From assembly GCA_964252035.1 (NCBI GenBank), contig OZ176207.1: a stretch of 64,000 nucleotides of DNA; one strand, given 5' to 3'. A program made the translations under genes and the position numbers. Below, piece after piece: positions 11,545 through 23,928 of this stretch (position 1 is its first letter; each line of letters opens with the position of its first letter). The notes beneath the pieces are model-generated. The model had not been told where the DNA came from and searched no databases. It saw only the letters and a list, made by a program, of their open reading frames with translations. Source of the DNA: Podarcis erhardii. Taxonomy: Eukaryota.

Positions 11545-13989
11545 AGCAGCAGCTTTGTCTCCTTCAGTCCTTCATCCTGCTAAAGACAGGCAATGCCACA
11601 ACGGATGGCCTTCCAGCCTGAGTTTAAATGGGAGAACAAACACTGTTGTGCCAGCTGATTGTCAGGATTTTACTGAAGCTAAATTAGCAGAGCCACCTAT
11701 TGCTTCTAACACAGTTGCTTTTAACACACAGTCTCCTGTGACAGATCTGCGCCATGCCACTAAGTGCAGTGCTGGTTTGAATCTAAAGACAGCAGAACTT
11801 CCTAATTTCAGTTCCAGTGCCCTATGGTGGTTTATAAAATTAAGACATAGCATACAGGTCTGATTCCACCTCAGACAGTGAGACTTATTCTTCATCACCT
11901 GTTGCAGACTGTTTTTTCTCCTTTCCTCCCTCAACTTAAAATTCCTAATGAATTTACTTTACAGCAGTTGCAGAGTTTTGGGGTCAATTCATACGAGTGA
12001 TTTTCCTTGATACAATGTTTTCACCTACAGGACTACTTTTTCCCCAGACGCTGCTGACAGAATAGTGATTTTAAAGTGGCTACATTTGCCTAACACTGGA
12101 TTTAATATTGCTGTTTGTTATTTGCTTTTTTTCTAAAGAGGAACACGAGTCCCTAATGAGTTATTCTCTTTCCTACCAGTTTACATTTACTGATTAACAT
12201 GGGATAGTTTATTTTAACCCTCCTAAAGATTCACGCCTAGTTTTAATTCAACAGGTACCCTGGAAATTGGTTTCTGTCCAAAAGCAGGTTCCTATTCAAC
12301 ACCTCTAGAGTGTTTTAACATAAGGATTCTGAAAATAACTGGCATATTTTTTGCAGCTAATCAGGAAACTGACAGAGACCAGCCTACACTTTCACTGCAT
12401 TTTGTGATTTTTGTGTGAAGTGGGATATCTTTTTAGCACATTTGGCTAATTCCTATCTTTCTCCTATGCTAGATTTTAATCTACTCTTTGTTTTTGACAC
12501 TGAAAAATCTCTTGACAAATAGAATTGCGCCTTTCTATGCTGCTCATGTTTACTCTCACGGTTGCTCCCATACAGGATTCAAAGATATAATTTCAGAAGG
12601 AAATCAACATGCTGATTCTGCTCTGAAATCCTTCTGTCCATTATTTTCTAATGTACTTGATAGCCATGCATTTTTCCATCAGGGAATTATGCAGCTGATA
12701 ACATATTTTTTTCATTCCTTTGACACAAGCTAAGGATATTGTTGATGGAGGTCCTTCCTGCGCGTTAACTTCTGTTAACTTTACCTTAAATTAACTGTTT
12801 CCTGAAGTAAAAGGAAAAAGTCTGGAAGGGACTCAGCAGATTGGGAGATAACATCCCTCTCTGGAAGTTTGTGGTTTTTAATCTGCCTTTTAGTAGGTTC
12901 TAAGTGATTTTAATGGATTTTGGTAGGTTTTAGCTCTTCTTCAATTGATTCATGAAGGGACTAGTGAAGATTGGAGACCTGTTTGTTTTTTGTTTTTTGG
13001 CTTTATTTGCCTTTTATATGGCATGGATATTTGTCTTTATTGCATCTATGACTGAATTGCAGACAGAGAACTTCATGACACAGCATTTTTGTGGATAAGG
13101 AAGGTCAGCTACTTTATAAATCCTCATAAATCTTGAGAACCTGGTGATAAAGCATTGTGGTGTGTGGGGGGGAGTGAAGAGTAATGGTCTTTACAAGACT
13201 CCAAAAAAGAAAATTAGAACAAACTAACCATGTCAAACAAATTAAACAAGGCAAGGCTATCAAATTATTTCTCCCCTGTTGATCAAACCCCTTAATGCAG
13301 GAAAGTACTACTACTCTGTCACAACGAATACCTCTCCCCTCAAAAATAGAGTAAAACAGACCACCATATGTGTATGTGATTATTGCTCTAAATTAAAGAG
13401 AATTAAAGAGAGAGGTCCAATGGAAAAGCTTTTCCTGATGCAGCGCTAGGATTTAATATTGTAAACAGAACATGTTATCAAGGTTTACGTATTGCAGGAT
13501 ATCTTGCAAGCACATCTTGACCCCATAACTTACATTTAATTAAAAAGGGCCACGACTTCCCAGAAGCAGCCTCCCCAAGCCCTCCCTCTTTTTCACAATG
13601 CTTTGTTTCCTCATACAGATGGCACACCCACCAGAGTCTCTTTAAACCACCACATAAAGGGTCAAGACTCCATAGGGGTGAAAATTGGCCAACGAAAAAG
13701 TGCACCAGACAAGCCTTCTGCTGCTTCCAGAGAGGTGACTGAAGTAAAGGCAATTTAGGCTTACCAGGAATGTAAGTAAACGTTTTTGTTCATAGAATCA
13801 TAAAATGTAGAGTTGGAAGGAGCTCCAAGGGTCATCTAGTTATCCCAACAAAGTCTCTCAGCCAATTTGAAACCATACTGGACCCTGCTTCGTTTGCAAA
13901 TGTGCTAGAACCTAAATAAAAAAAATACATAGCAAACTGAGGTTCTGTCCCCGCCCCATGGTAGAAAGTACCCGATATATTTCTTTTTT

Positions 13990-14470
13990 ACAAAAACCGG
14001 CAGTCTCCTGCTGAAGTACGTAGGCGCAAACAGCTCGAGGCAGCCTCACTTGCGACCGCAGACTCATCCGCAAGACTGCGAAGCTCCTTTTAACGCCAGC
14101 GCGACTCCTCCCTAGCAGACGCTTCGAGCTTGAGGCTACCTTCACCGACAACCTGCTGCGAACAGCAGCAGCCGAGCCCCTCGGAAGGAAGCGCCGGTGA
14201 GGATCTCTGGAGGCCGATACCCATTTCCTCGTGTCATTCTCCTTCTCCTTCTCCTCCCCTTCCGCCCTCCGCTAGCGACGGACGAGGTAACCGCAGAGGT
14301 GAGGCAGAAGGGCGCAGGGAGCTCCCGCCGGGTCCCCCTGCGAAGCGCCCACGTGAGGAGCTGAGGACGTCCCGTGTGAAGGAAGCTCGGCGCGCAGAAG
14401 AGCCTGAGAGGAGGCGAGGCGAGGGGAAAGCGCGCGAGCGGAGCAGGGCGGGAGAGCGGTTGATGGGGGG
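13990..14470 (+). promoter_or_regulatory. CpG island: probable promoter and non-coding first exon of paralog B (candidate donor AG|GTGAGG at 14298/14299)
   Basis: Sharp CpG/GC-rich block in an AT-rich background, ~1.1 kb upstream of the acceptor at 15583-15584; strong donor consensus. Confidence 0.6.
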
Positions 14471-15604
14471 GGGGGGAGGCGAGGGAATGGTGGAGCTGCT
14501 GTGGCTATGGAGCTGAGCAACTCTGAGAGTCAGCTGCTGTGGCTATGGAGCTGAGCAACTCTGCGTCACTCAGTCGCCCTCCCCCAACACACACAACTAG
14601 GGGACCTCCAGGTGTTTGGGACCCTGGCGTCTGTCAACTTCTACCCAACCCTCATTCCTTTCCCCAAGCCCTCAGGAGCACTCAGCCTTCTAGCACCGCC
14701 TTGGCTCTTCCTTATTCTCCCATGTAGCGCCTTTTCCTATTGTGAAGGGGAGATCCACTTCAGGGCTCCCCCAGAATGCCCCATTGGGGGACTTCTGCTG
14801 GGTGGTGCTGAAGAGCCCACCAGAGGCAGCTAGCCCACCCACGTGCTCTGAGGACAGAAAATGGAACTCTGTGCTACTTGGGTGCTGCTGGCTTCACTCT
14901 GAAGCTAGGAGGACAAGTTGCGGGGGGGGGGGGACTTTTCTATCCTATCTAGCCCATTGCAAAGAGGAACTACACTGTTAAGTCTCCAGCCCGGAACTTA
15001 AGACACAGTGGGCACCTGCACCCAGGGGGTGCCACATGCTGGGGGAAGGCAGGCACATGTGCCAAAGGAGCGTTTACCTGGGAGTAAGCTTCCTTTTGCA
15101 CAGTAGCACTTGCTCTTGAGTAAATATGCAGAAGGCAGCACTGTGAATATGTATAGGATTAAAATGATTTTGGATATGAGGTCCAAGCTATGCTTCTAGG
15201 CAGAAGAAATTTACTGGGTTACCATTCAGTACCTGCTCCATAGTGATAGTTACAACATCCTGGCACATTTGCTCACAGTATTGTGTGCCTGCTGCACGTC
15301 CTCTCCTTAATCAGCTGAACTATACGTAATGTTCTACCATCTATGGTGCAGAGAACTAGTGTTCACAGCCTCAGGCGAGACATGTGATGTAGATTGGCTG
15401 GTGTAGTTCTTGGGCAAGATAATTTGATTGTATTGCTAGTATCTCTAGAACAGGAGGAATATTTAGCAGCTCACAACTGGTTTTTCTGGAATGAAGAGAT
15501 GCTTCAAGTTTTTTTTGAGGAGACTACAGTTTGTGGTAGAAAGGGTTTCACATTGTTTTATTCTTTTTCTTAAAAAAAACCCAGGACATTATTAGTGTGA
15601 ATAA

Positions 15605-15899
15605 ATGCTACATACAACTATGACATACTCTACATGCCTTAAGTATCTGATGGAAGAATGGATTTTTCTTGAATATCTCCCATATGTGATCATCTGTTCA
15701 GTAGTGCTGGTGTTTATCAACATCCTGTTATTTTTTACAATTCCTACATGTGTGCTGCTTCTTCTTTACCTTTCTTCTTTGGTCCTCTTCATCTATGAGA
15801 GGACACATAAACTAAAAGAAGCTTATTCCAGTAAAGCATGGGATGGTGCACGACTAATTATAACATTCATGTGGGATAGACTTGGAAGATATTTGAATG
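15605..15899 (+). CDS. TMEM68: Paralog B first coding exon (acceptor at 15583-15584, exon begins 15585)
   Basis: TYSTCLKYLMEEW...LKEAYSSKAWDGAR...YLNG; donor GTaagc at 15900. Confidence 0.88.
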
Positions 15900-18800
15900 G
15901 TAAGCATGTTTCATCTTCGTCTTCTGATTTGTATGTTGTCTTTCCTTAATTAAAACCTTGCTCAAGGCAACTTACAACATGAGAATATTTACCATAATTA
16001 CAAACAAAACCAAACTAGTTATCAACGTTTAGCGCTGCTCAGCCCTTGCCACCAGGCAAGCGCTCATGTGCAGGGCAGGGGTGAGGTGAAGGAAGGTCAA
16101 GAGTATTGTCTGCGTTCTCTTGCAGCCAGGTGTTGTGTGCTGGGTGGGAAAGGGGCGCAGAGAGTGCCCTTCACCCTCTGCTCCCCAGACCTTGCCACCG
16201 CTGTGCCGGCACTCACACAATGGGCAGGGGCAGGGCGTGGATAGTGTGTCATTTGAGGGTTCACAACCCCCCAAATTGTGGTTTTGGGGCAATGGCCCCC
16301 TTGGCACCTCACACTACACCACTGGAATCTACTATAGTTCAGTTACCCATTCAGAATTACTTAATTTGAAATAACAACCCTTTTGCACTTTGTATTCCAA
16401 ACAGGTTACGAACTACATGGCATAGAAAACCTACCAGATGGACCAGGCCTTATAATATTTTACCATGGAGCAATTCCTATAGATTATGGTTACTTTTTAT
16501 CCAAACTTTTTCTTCTGAAGCGCCAAAGTTGCTATACAGTAGTTGATCGTTGTGTTTTCAAACTTCCAGGTGATGCTCTTTGTTAATTTAAAACTGATTT
16601 CAGGTAATGTGTGTAATACTAAAATATACCCCATCTTCCCCAAATGGTTTAGGAAGCTTCAGCCTTTTGCAGCATTAGTTTCCTAGTGAGGAGCGGTTAA
16701 TGGAGACACAGGTTAGTAGGTTGCTAACTACCAGCCATCAAAAGTTTTCTCTGCTTGTTTCAGGAAGCAATGCCTAGTCCTCAGTGGTCATGAAAAAGCA
16801 TCTTATATCAGTAAATTAAAGAAATGAATAGAGGGAGTTAGAATCTGCTGGATGAGGCCAATGGCCCATCTACTCCAGCATCCTGTTCTCACAGTGGCCA
16901 GTCAGGTGCCTAAGAGAAGATCCAAGCTTGTGCAGGATCACTCTCCCCACTTGTGATTTCCAGAAACTGGCAAGATTTTATCTATTATCAAAATGGTAAA
17001 ATCTATAAATTTCCCTCTGCTTAGCATCAGGGGTAATGCTGTTTACACTGGCTAGATAAGTCCTTCATTAGATAAGGCAGTTTTAATGCCTAGCATTAAA
17101 TATTTGAAGCACAAGATTCAGTGTTGTGAGTATGGGGGTTTAGCCTGCTTGATGCCTGAGTCCCTTCTGAGTTCCCGGGGTCCTAGATCCAGCAAGGGTT
17201 AAAATGAAGGATTCCATTGTTGAACTAGCTGGGCAAGCTTTTTGATGAGTTAATGGCCCTTAGTGTAGCAAGGGAAATTGCTCTATGCCAGAGAGCAAAT
17301 TGGTGGGTCCTTGGCCAATGGAAAACAAGCCTTTAATCAAAGGTTCTATGCCAGGTCACCAGGTCATGTGACTGAGTGGACTGGGCTTAAGATCCAGTCT
17401 AAGTTCCCCGCTCCCCATCCCACCACATCCTCAGAACACCCTTTTGGGGTGACTTTCAAAAGCCTTTGCTCAGTCAGTCTCAGTTCAGCCAGGATGAGCA
17501 AATTATGCTGGCATATCTTCAGCTGAGCCAGGTTTGGGGCTGTTTATTTGTTTATGTCTTCTTGTTTATATTTTATAGGTTTAAAAAACTTAGGTGCTGT
17601 AATGTGGCTTTTACCTGGTACACAGCAAGAGTGTGTAAATGTTCTAAAAAATGGTCATCTGCTGGGAATTTCACCAGGGGGAGTTCGAGAATCACTATTT
17701 AGTGATAAATCATACAAACTTATATGGAAAAATCGGAAAGGTTTTGCTCAAGTGGCTATAGATGCCAAAGTGGTAAGTACTATTCATATATGATTATACA
17801 TTTGGACACTTCTGAATGCATATATGTTATCAAACAAAATAAGAAGCTAAACAGCTAGAAGACATGTTATGTTTTTTAACATAAAAATGTTGTTAATCAA
17901 TAATCTAAAATTATAATTTTCATGTGCATGGGATTCACTTAATATAACTAAGATCCATGCTGTAAAATGAAGTAATAGCGATCTACCAAACAATTATATT
18001 TAAACTATTACCTGTGGTTATGCCTGTTAGCTGCAGAGAAGATCCAAGATGCCTAAGTATCAGTCTGTAACTGATTTCAGGGCTCGAGGCCACTGTCCTT
18101 CTGAAGTAACTTGATTATCAAAGGGGATCAGGACTTGCGCTGGTCCTTCCATTTGCATTAATTCTCATTTCTCGGTCTATAAGATCCACCTTGTGAAGAT
18201 AAATCTCCATTCTCTAAAAGAATCTTTTGAGGAGTTTTCCCATGTAAATATCACATAAATTAATGATTGCTGCATGCAAGCACTACTATTGTGACCTCTG
18301 TTTTCTTCAGAACAAAAGGAAGACTACAAGGCACTAGTTAAATTTCAAACTTCAGCTCTGAATAACTTTATTGACTTGATTAAACCTTCTGAGTAAGTGA
18401 TATGCTTTTTAGCAAGGCAACTTAAAATATTTGAACCTATGTACATTTTATAGTTAATACGGTACAGTACAGAGAAACTATGGCCCTCCAGTTGTTTAGT
18501 TGAATTCTAACTTCTACAAGCCCCACCCTGCGTGGTTAGAGGTCAGGGTGGATGGGAGTTGCAGACCATCAACATATGGAAGGCCACATCTTCCTGGTCC
18601 TACACACAGCTGTTCTGTACATTTCAGAGTTAAATAGTGGCACACTAGAAATTCAAATTAAATCCAGACATGTGGAAAATTAAGCATCTTAAAAAAGTAA
18701 CTTTCTGCTTCAAGAAGTGCTTTGAGCGGTGAGAAATAACTGATTAAAACATACCCATTTGGAATACTGTAAAAAGGTATGATATAATTCTGCAGAAGTC

Positions 18801-21800
18801 TGGCCCTTTGGAATCCCATTCTAGTGCGGGAGAGAAAAAAATGGTAAAACATTTAAAATGAAACAATGGGTCTTAATTGCATTTTATTGTCTTCTGCTCT
18901 TGAAAGTGCTAATTGAAGTCTTCTGCTCTTGAAAGTCAGTGATTGTGCTAATATTGACTGAATCTAGAAAATTACAACTACCCAATAGACAAAGATCATC
19001 ATATTAGATTAGCCTGGGAGGATGCAGGCATTTGTTTCTGAAAATAATATATGACCTGTAAAAAAAGGCCCAAGCTATTCACCATTTCCCTATTTTTCAC
19101 ATATTTATAAACAACAAAAATCCCCTGTGCTGCAAACAGAACAATCTGACAATCCAAAAGCAACACAATAGGCTAATAATATGATTACAACACTTTTATA
19201 TCACTACTGAATTGTATCTTAATTTACAATCAGATAACATACAATATATACATGGTGACACCAACTAATATGAGTTAAGAAAATGTCCCAAAGTAAGGGA
19301 TTTTTTGGCTAGTATAACATCACAAAGAATCACTCAAGCCTGTGGCAACATGCCTTCCAAGGTAAGTGTAAAGTCAGGCAAAGCACAACATATGCAGTGT
19401 TTTGCAGGGAATTTGTTGAAGCATGTTGGTGCTCCAAAATCAGCAGTCAGATTGTCACATATCTACAGCATGGTCTTCATATGACAAATGGTTACATAAA
19501 ATGTCTACCTTAGGAACACGCATTACCTGACCAAAAGAGCCAAGGCTCCCCACCCACATGAAGAGGGCGGGAGATTATTCCTGCTCCTTTATCTAGTCTA
19601 GCAAAGCAAGTTTCATGTGATGTCATCACATTAGCAAGTTTTGCAACCTCTTGGCCAACCTTTGCAGAACGAGGGAACTTGCAACATGCCATATCATGTC
19701 TTTGAGCCTCAATGTGCAGTTTATAGAAGCTTTAGAAGGGGAAGAAGAATAAAAAAGAGAAGGGAAAGTAGAACTTTTGGTGAGGAGAGTAAAACAAGAC
19801 TCTGAAAAGGGTCAATAAGTTGAGCTTAAATCCTGACAAGACAGAAGCACTGTGGGTGAGCCATTCCTGTGTTTGGGAGACTGGTTGTGTTTGGGAGGCG
19901 GGTTGCAGTTCTGCTACATATTCTGGGGGGTACTTCAAGATCCAGCTAGGGTAGGAGTGATTTTTCTCCACTTCTGTTGGTCTGTTGTCTGTGACCGTTC
20001 CTGAATTGGGATAGCTTGACTACAATTTTGAAACATTGGCAATTTTGACTATATAATATTGTAATGCACTATTTGTAGGACTACCCTTGAGGTTGGTTCA
20101 GAAATTGCAGCAAGTGCAGATTTCTAGAGCCTGGTTGCTGGCATCTAACAGTTGTGCTGAGGAAGCCACTGGCTACTAGTATGGTACCAAGTAGGACTGA
20201 GCAATATCTGGTTTTCAATATTGTGATATTTCACCAGCTAAACATTTGTTATATACTGATCTATCACAATGTATGAAATAAGGATGCAGCTATGTAGAGG
20301 CTTCATGATTTCCCCCGCACTGTGATTTTTGCGTAGTGCGCGCGCACACCCACACACACATTATTATTCGCAATATATTGCCAGGTCAAATATATTTTGG
20401 AGCCAAGATAGACTGTAAGAGTGGTTTGCCAGCTGGGTGGGAACTTACAGAATTCCTTTCTGGTAGCATCAGCTACCTGTGTGTATATTTATTCTCAAGA
20501 TAAAGACTGAACTTTAAATATGCTAACTTTAACTATCATGTTTTCTCTCCTCCCTTAGCCCATCATTCCAATGCATACACAAAATGTTCGGGAAGGATTT
20601 AGGATCTTTGGACGAACAAGTAAGGCATGCAGATATTTAGCTTGTACTTTTAAAATGTTGTGTTCTCCAGCCTGCAGCTCAGTGCCTGCTTCAAAAGACT
20701 TGCATAGCACTTCCTTACACATGAAAATAAATCCTGTTCATTAAACAGAGTGGGGAAGCTTTTGCTAATGCGTTTGTTGGAGCAGCAAGCTCACATGCAT
20801 GCTAGGAGCTTCATGGTTGGTCTGGACATTTGTTTTAATTTTGGTACTAATGTGGACTTCTAGTTTTAACTTAAAATCTTTAAAAACTATTCCTTCTCCT
20901 TAAGTACTGGGAGTCATCACATCTTGGCTATGGGCAGAGTCAATTGGTCAGGATAACACAGGCAGGGCTAGGAAGCTTTTCCAACCAGCCCTGGACCTCA
21001 CTGTTGAGCTCACCAGAAGAAGATAACAGCCAGTGTTTTCTTTTCGCTTCCCTTTAATTCAAAGGTGTTCAATGCAGAAACATTCTTCTCAGGAAAGAGA
21101 ATAAACAGGATATACTGCATGGCTCCGCCACTTTCTCCTCACAGCTGAGAAAGGTGTTTTCTTGGGGCACAAGCCAAGTGCTCAAGTGGCTTTCTGCCTC
21201 CTTCTGCCAGCCCACACTTGCAGGGAACAAGCCAGCCTCAATACAAAGTGGCCAATAGGTTCTCTTTCCCTCCTTTGTCCTAAGCAGGGAATGAACCTCT
21301 GAGTAAGGGAGCCAGCTGGTTGGCCATCTTTTGCATTACCTCAGCAGCCACAGAAACCTCATCTCATGGCACCTAGTGCCCATGGATGCACAGAGAGCAG
21401 AAGAAATTAGTGGGTAATTCCCTTAAAAAGTTGGGGGGCTCTCTTGTTTTACACCTTTATTTTTAAACTAAAAACTATGAAAAGCAACAAAGTTGGCTTC
21501 TGCCTGCTTTACCTCGTTACCTGAAAGAGGCAGAGCCCAAACACTTTGGAGAAAGATAGCTCATTCTCTCTCCTTCTAAAAAAGCAAATTCCCTTTTACC
21601 TTATGTGATATGGGACTGGAATGTGGCAAGAGCTAAATAGTAGTACTGCTATTGATCTCAGCGGAATATAGCTTTGAAGAGTTTAGTATCAATTAAAGCT
21701 CTAGCTAAAACCTTTATAGCAGGGGTCAGAAAACCTTTTCTGCAGGGGGCCAGTCCCCTGTACCTCTGACCTTGTGGGGGGCTGGACTATATTTTGAAAA

Positions 21801-23180
21801 ATAATAATGAATGAATTCCTATGCCCCACAAATAACCCAGAGATGCATTTTAAATAAAAGTACACATTCTACTCATGTAAAAACACACTGATTCCCGGAC
21901 CGTCTGCCGGTTGGATTTAGGCGATTGGGCCGGATCCGGCCCCTGGGGCTTAGTTTGCCTACCCATGCTTTATAGCTTTTTGAGCTTAAACATACATGAT
22001 TTGAATGTACAGTACAAAAGTATTAAAGATGTGTATAAACCTGTGCCTTTGGAATAGGATTGATAAGATTCAGATTAAAAATGAATGTACATATGGATAT
22101 CCCAAAAACACTGAATTCAGAAAATGGTCTCAGGCATGTAGAACCCTTCACATATGTACAATGCTGCATATTTACGAACAGATGTTTTAATTTCTGAAGA
22201 GCTACTTTATTGATCTGCAATGGAAGCTGTAAACCTTAATTAGAAGTCTTTCTGGGTGCAGGCACAGCAGTGAATTCAAATCCACAAGGACTCCCTCAGT
22301 AACTTCCAACAGGATGCTTTTGTGTGCTCATTGAAGTAAACAGCAAAACCCTTGTAGTCAGAGTACATCAATATATGTATCCCAGCAGTGGAGCAATGGA
22401 CTGATCCTAGGGAAAAGAATTTTTAGATTAAAAAAATGATTTTCCTTTTTTTCCCCCAACATAAAGGGCACTCACATTTTTTTAACAGAAAGAAAACTGA
22501 TATCTTGCTTGTTTCTTTTTTGCCCTCTGGATTTTAAAAAGGATTCACTAGGTGGTGTTTTGAATCTCTTCGAGTGCCTTTTCTTCCTGTATATGGTGGA
22601 TTTCCAGTCAAATTTCGTACATATATTGGTAAACCCATTCCATATGATCCAAATATAACAGCTCCAGAGTTAGCAACAAAGGTATGTTTTCTGCTAAACC
22701 AATATAAAACACCAGCAATACTGTTTCATTATAAATGTGCACTCAAAATATTCCTATTTAAGAGAAATGAGTTGTTAGCTTTAATAGCTGGTAATACATT
22801 TACTAAGCCCTCTATTAAAACAGTTTGAAAAGAGAAAGCGTTTTTCTAAAAACATGTAGGCTGCAGTGCAGTATTGTCACCTTTAGAACTATATTGCTAA
22901 GCCATTTGGAGGTTAGAGCATTATTAAACACAGGCTCAAGTCCTAGAATTCTAGTTTTATTTGTACATGACTATTGCAGCCTTTTATTTGTTTGAAAATA
23001 ATATCTATATTTGTTTGAACAGAGAGAATCTGTCACAAGGTTTATGTCAGGAGTGGGTAGAAAATTGAAACTGACCATGATCTGTCACCTGGGTATCTAG
23101 TACCTAGTGCTGGTTGCTATGATTTTCTTGCAAGGAAAGTTGGTCTGATCAAGCAAGGCATTTATTTTGTTCTTGATGAA

Positions 23181-23222
<42 letters not shown>

Positions 23223-23345
23223 TGACTTGACAAAGATTAGGTTGACCCTCATTTTTAGCTCCTGAGTATGCATACGTTATTTGCAAATCAAAATGTGTTG
23301 AACTTTCAAATACTTATTGATTAGGGAAACTTGAGATGGTGTTTT

Positions 23346-23376
<31 letters not shown>

Positions 23377-23928
23377 GCGTTATTGTTTTAAATAGCATTA
23401 GTTCAATGTGGCTTATTCTACTCAGTTCCTATGACACTGGACAGTATATGATACAATATAATAAGGTTATCAGTTAGGCATACAATGTAATAAGGTTAGG
23501 GATACAATGTAATAAGGTTATCAGTTAGGCATTCTACTTGACTACAATTGCCATAATCTCTACTCACCGGCTAAACTGGCTGGTGCTGAGAGTTGCAATC
23601 CAATAACTTCTGGAGGGCATTGGATACCCCTGAATTAGGGTGAGGCCAGATCCTAGTCGTCATCCCCATGAGCTGAAGGAGTTCAAATGAGGAATCATTG
23701 TTTGTATATAGATTTGTAGACTTCATATGCATTTCACTATAATTTTTCAGGTGGATTAATTTACATGCCCATGGAGCTGTAGTAGTGAGATGCATAACTT
23801 TCCCCTCTTTTCCTCATTTTCAGAGTAAGGCAGCACTCCAGGCATTAATTCAAAGACACCAGCAAATTCCTGGAAACATCTATGATGCTTTAATGGAAAG
23901 ATTTCACAAAGAGAAGAAAAAACCCTGA
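15605..23928 (+). CDS. TMEM68: TMEM68-like paralog B (exons 15605-15899, 16405-16569, 17579-17772, 20559-20619, 22542-22681, 23824-23928; 960 nt, 319 aa)
   Basis: Six exons splice in frame. Hydrophobic N-terminal segment, FYHGAIPIDY motif, SPGGVRESL, GFAQVAIDAKV, YGGFPVKFRTYIG and PIPYDP are all present. The start is either ATG 15605 or ATG 15620 (better Kozak context). Confidence 0.93.
16405..16569 (+). CDS. TMEM68: Paralog B catalytic-motif exon (165 nt)
   Basis: cAG at 16403-16404, donor GTgatg at 16570; GYELHGIENLPDGPGLIIFYHGAIPIDY. Confidence 0.92.
16830..16975 (-). mobile_element. CR1-type LINE 3' end remnant
   Basis: ctgctggatgaggccaatggcccatctactccagcatcctgttctcacagtggcc resembles the squamate CR1 3' UTR (recognised from memory). 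Confidence 0.55.
17579..17772 (+). CDS. TMEM68: Paralog B exon (194 nt)
   Basis: tAG at 17577-17578, donor GTaagt at 17773; GHLLGISPGGVRESLF...GFAQVAIDAKV. Confidence 0.93.
19790..20200 (+). mobile_element. L2 LINE ORF2 remnant
   Basis: Degenerate NKLSLNPDKTEALWV and CNALFVGLPLRLVQKLQQVQ motifs. Confidence 0.65.
20559..20619 (+). CDS. TMEM68: Paralog B exon (61 nt) PIIPMHTQNVREGFRIFGRT
   Basis: tAG at 20557-20558, donor GTaagg at 20620. Confidence 0.92.
21720..21967. mobile_element. hAT-family MITE
   Basis: Termini CAGGGGTCAG...CCTACCCATG; 8-bp TSD CTTTATAG at 21712-21719 and 21968-21975. Confidence 0.85.
22542..22681 (+). CDS. TMEM68: Paralog B exon (140 nt)
   Basis: aAG at 22540-22541, donor GTatgt at 22682; FTRWCFESLRVPFLPVYGGFPVKFRTYIGKPIPYDPNITAPELATK. 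Confidence 0.9.
23183..23220. repeat. (GT)n microsatellite
   Basis: Perfect GT run. Confidence 0.97.
23347..23376. repeat. (TAAA)n microsatellite
   Basis: Perfect tetranucleotide run. Confidence 0.95.
23824..23928 (+). CDS. TMEM68: Paralog B last coding exon (105 nt including TGA)
   Basis: cAG at 23822-23823; SKAALQALIQRHQQIPGNIYDALMERFHKEKKKP*; AATAAA at 24103-24108. Confidence 0.92.
   Translation, partial: SKAALQALIQRHQQIPGNIYDALMERFHKEKKKP

Larger units (their letters stand above)
9690..12790 (+). mobile_element. Class II (betaretrovirus-like) endogenous retrovirus remnant: 5' LTR end, PBS, gag and pol fragments; no 3' LTR seen
   Basis: LTR ends in CA at 9901 and has AATAAA at 9759-9764; PBS at 9904-9920; splice donor at 10150/10151. 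gag begins MGSKLS at 10159, followed by matrix CP*FPEGGPYDIKKWNELG and capsid FAVFKQLKQSVTENG and KQLAYENENADCK. RNase H/integrase junction FYAAHVYSH...EGNQHAD...HAFFHQ...TQAKDIV. The LTR 5' boundary is uncertain. Confidence 0.85.

Noticed and set aside
13900-14150. Possible TGS1 exon-1 relic on the minus strand of the duplicated promoters (also ~33750-34000)
   Set aside because: No TGS1 N-terminal peptide was recognisable in any minus-strand frame.
16600-16610. Stronger-looking donor CAG|GTAATG downstream of paralog B's GTGATG donor
   Set aside because: Using it would include the in-frame TAA at 16584-16586 and break the 165-nt length shared by A and C.
17128-17521. Possible solo LTR (TG...CA) in a paralog B intron
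   Set aside because: No target-site duplication or clear LTR signals were found.
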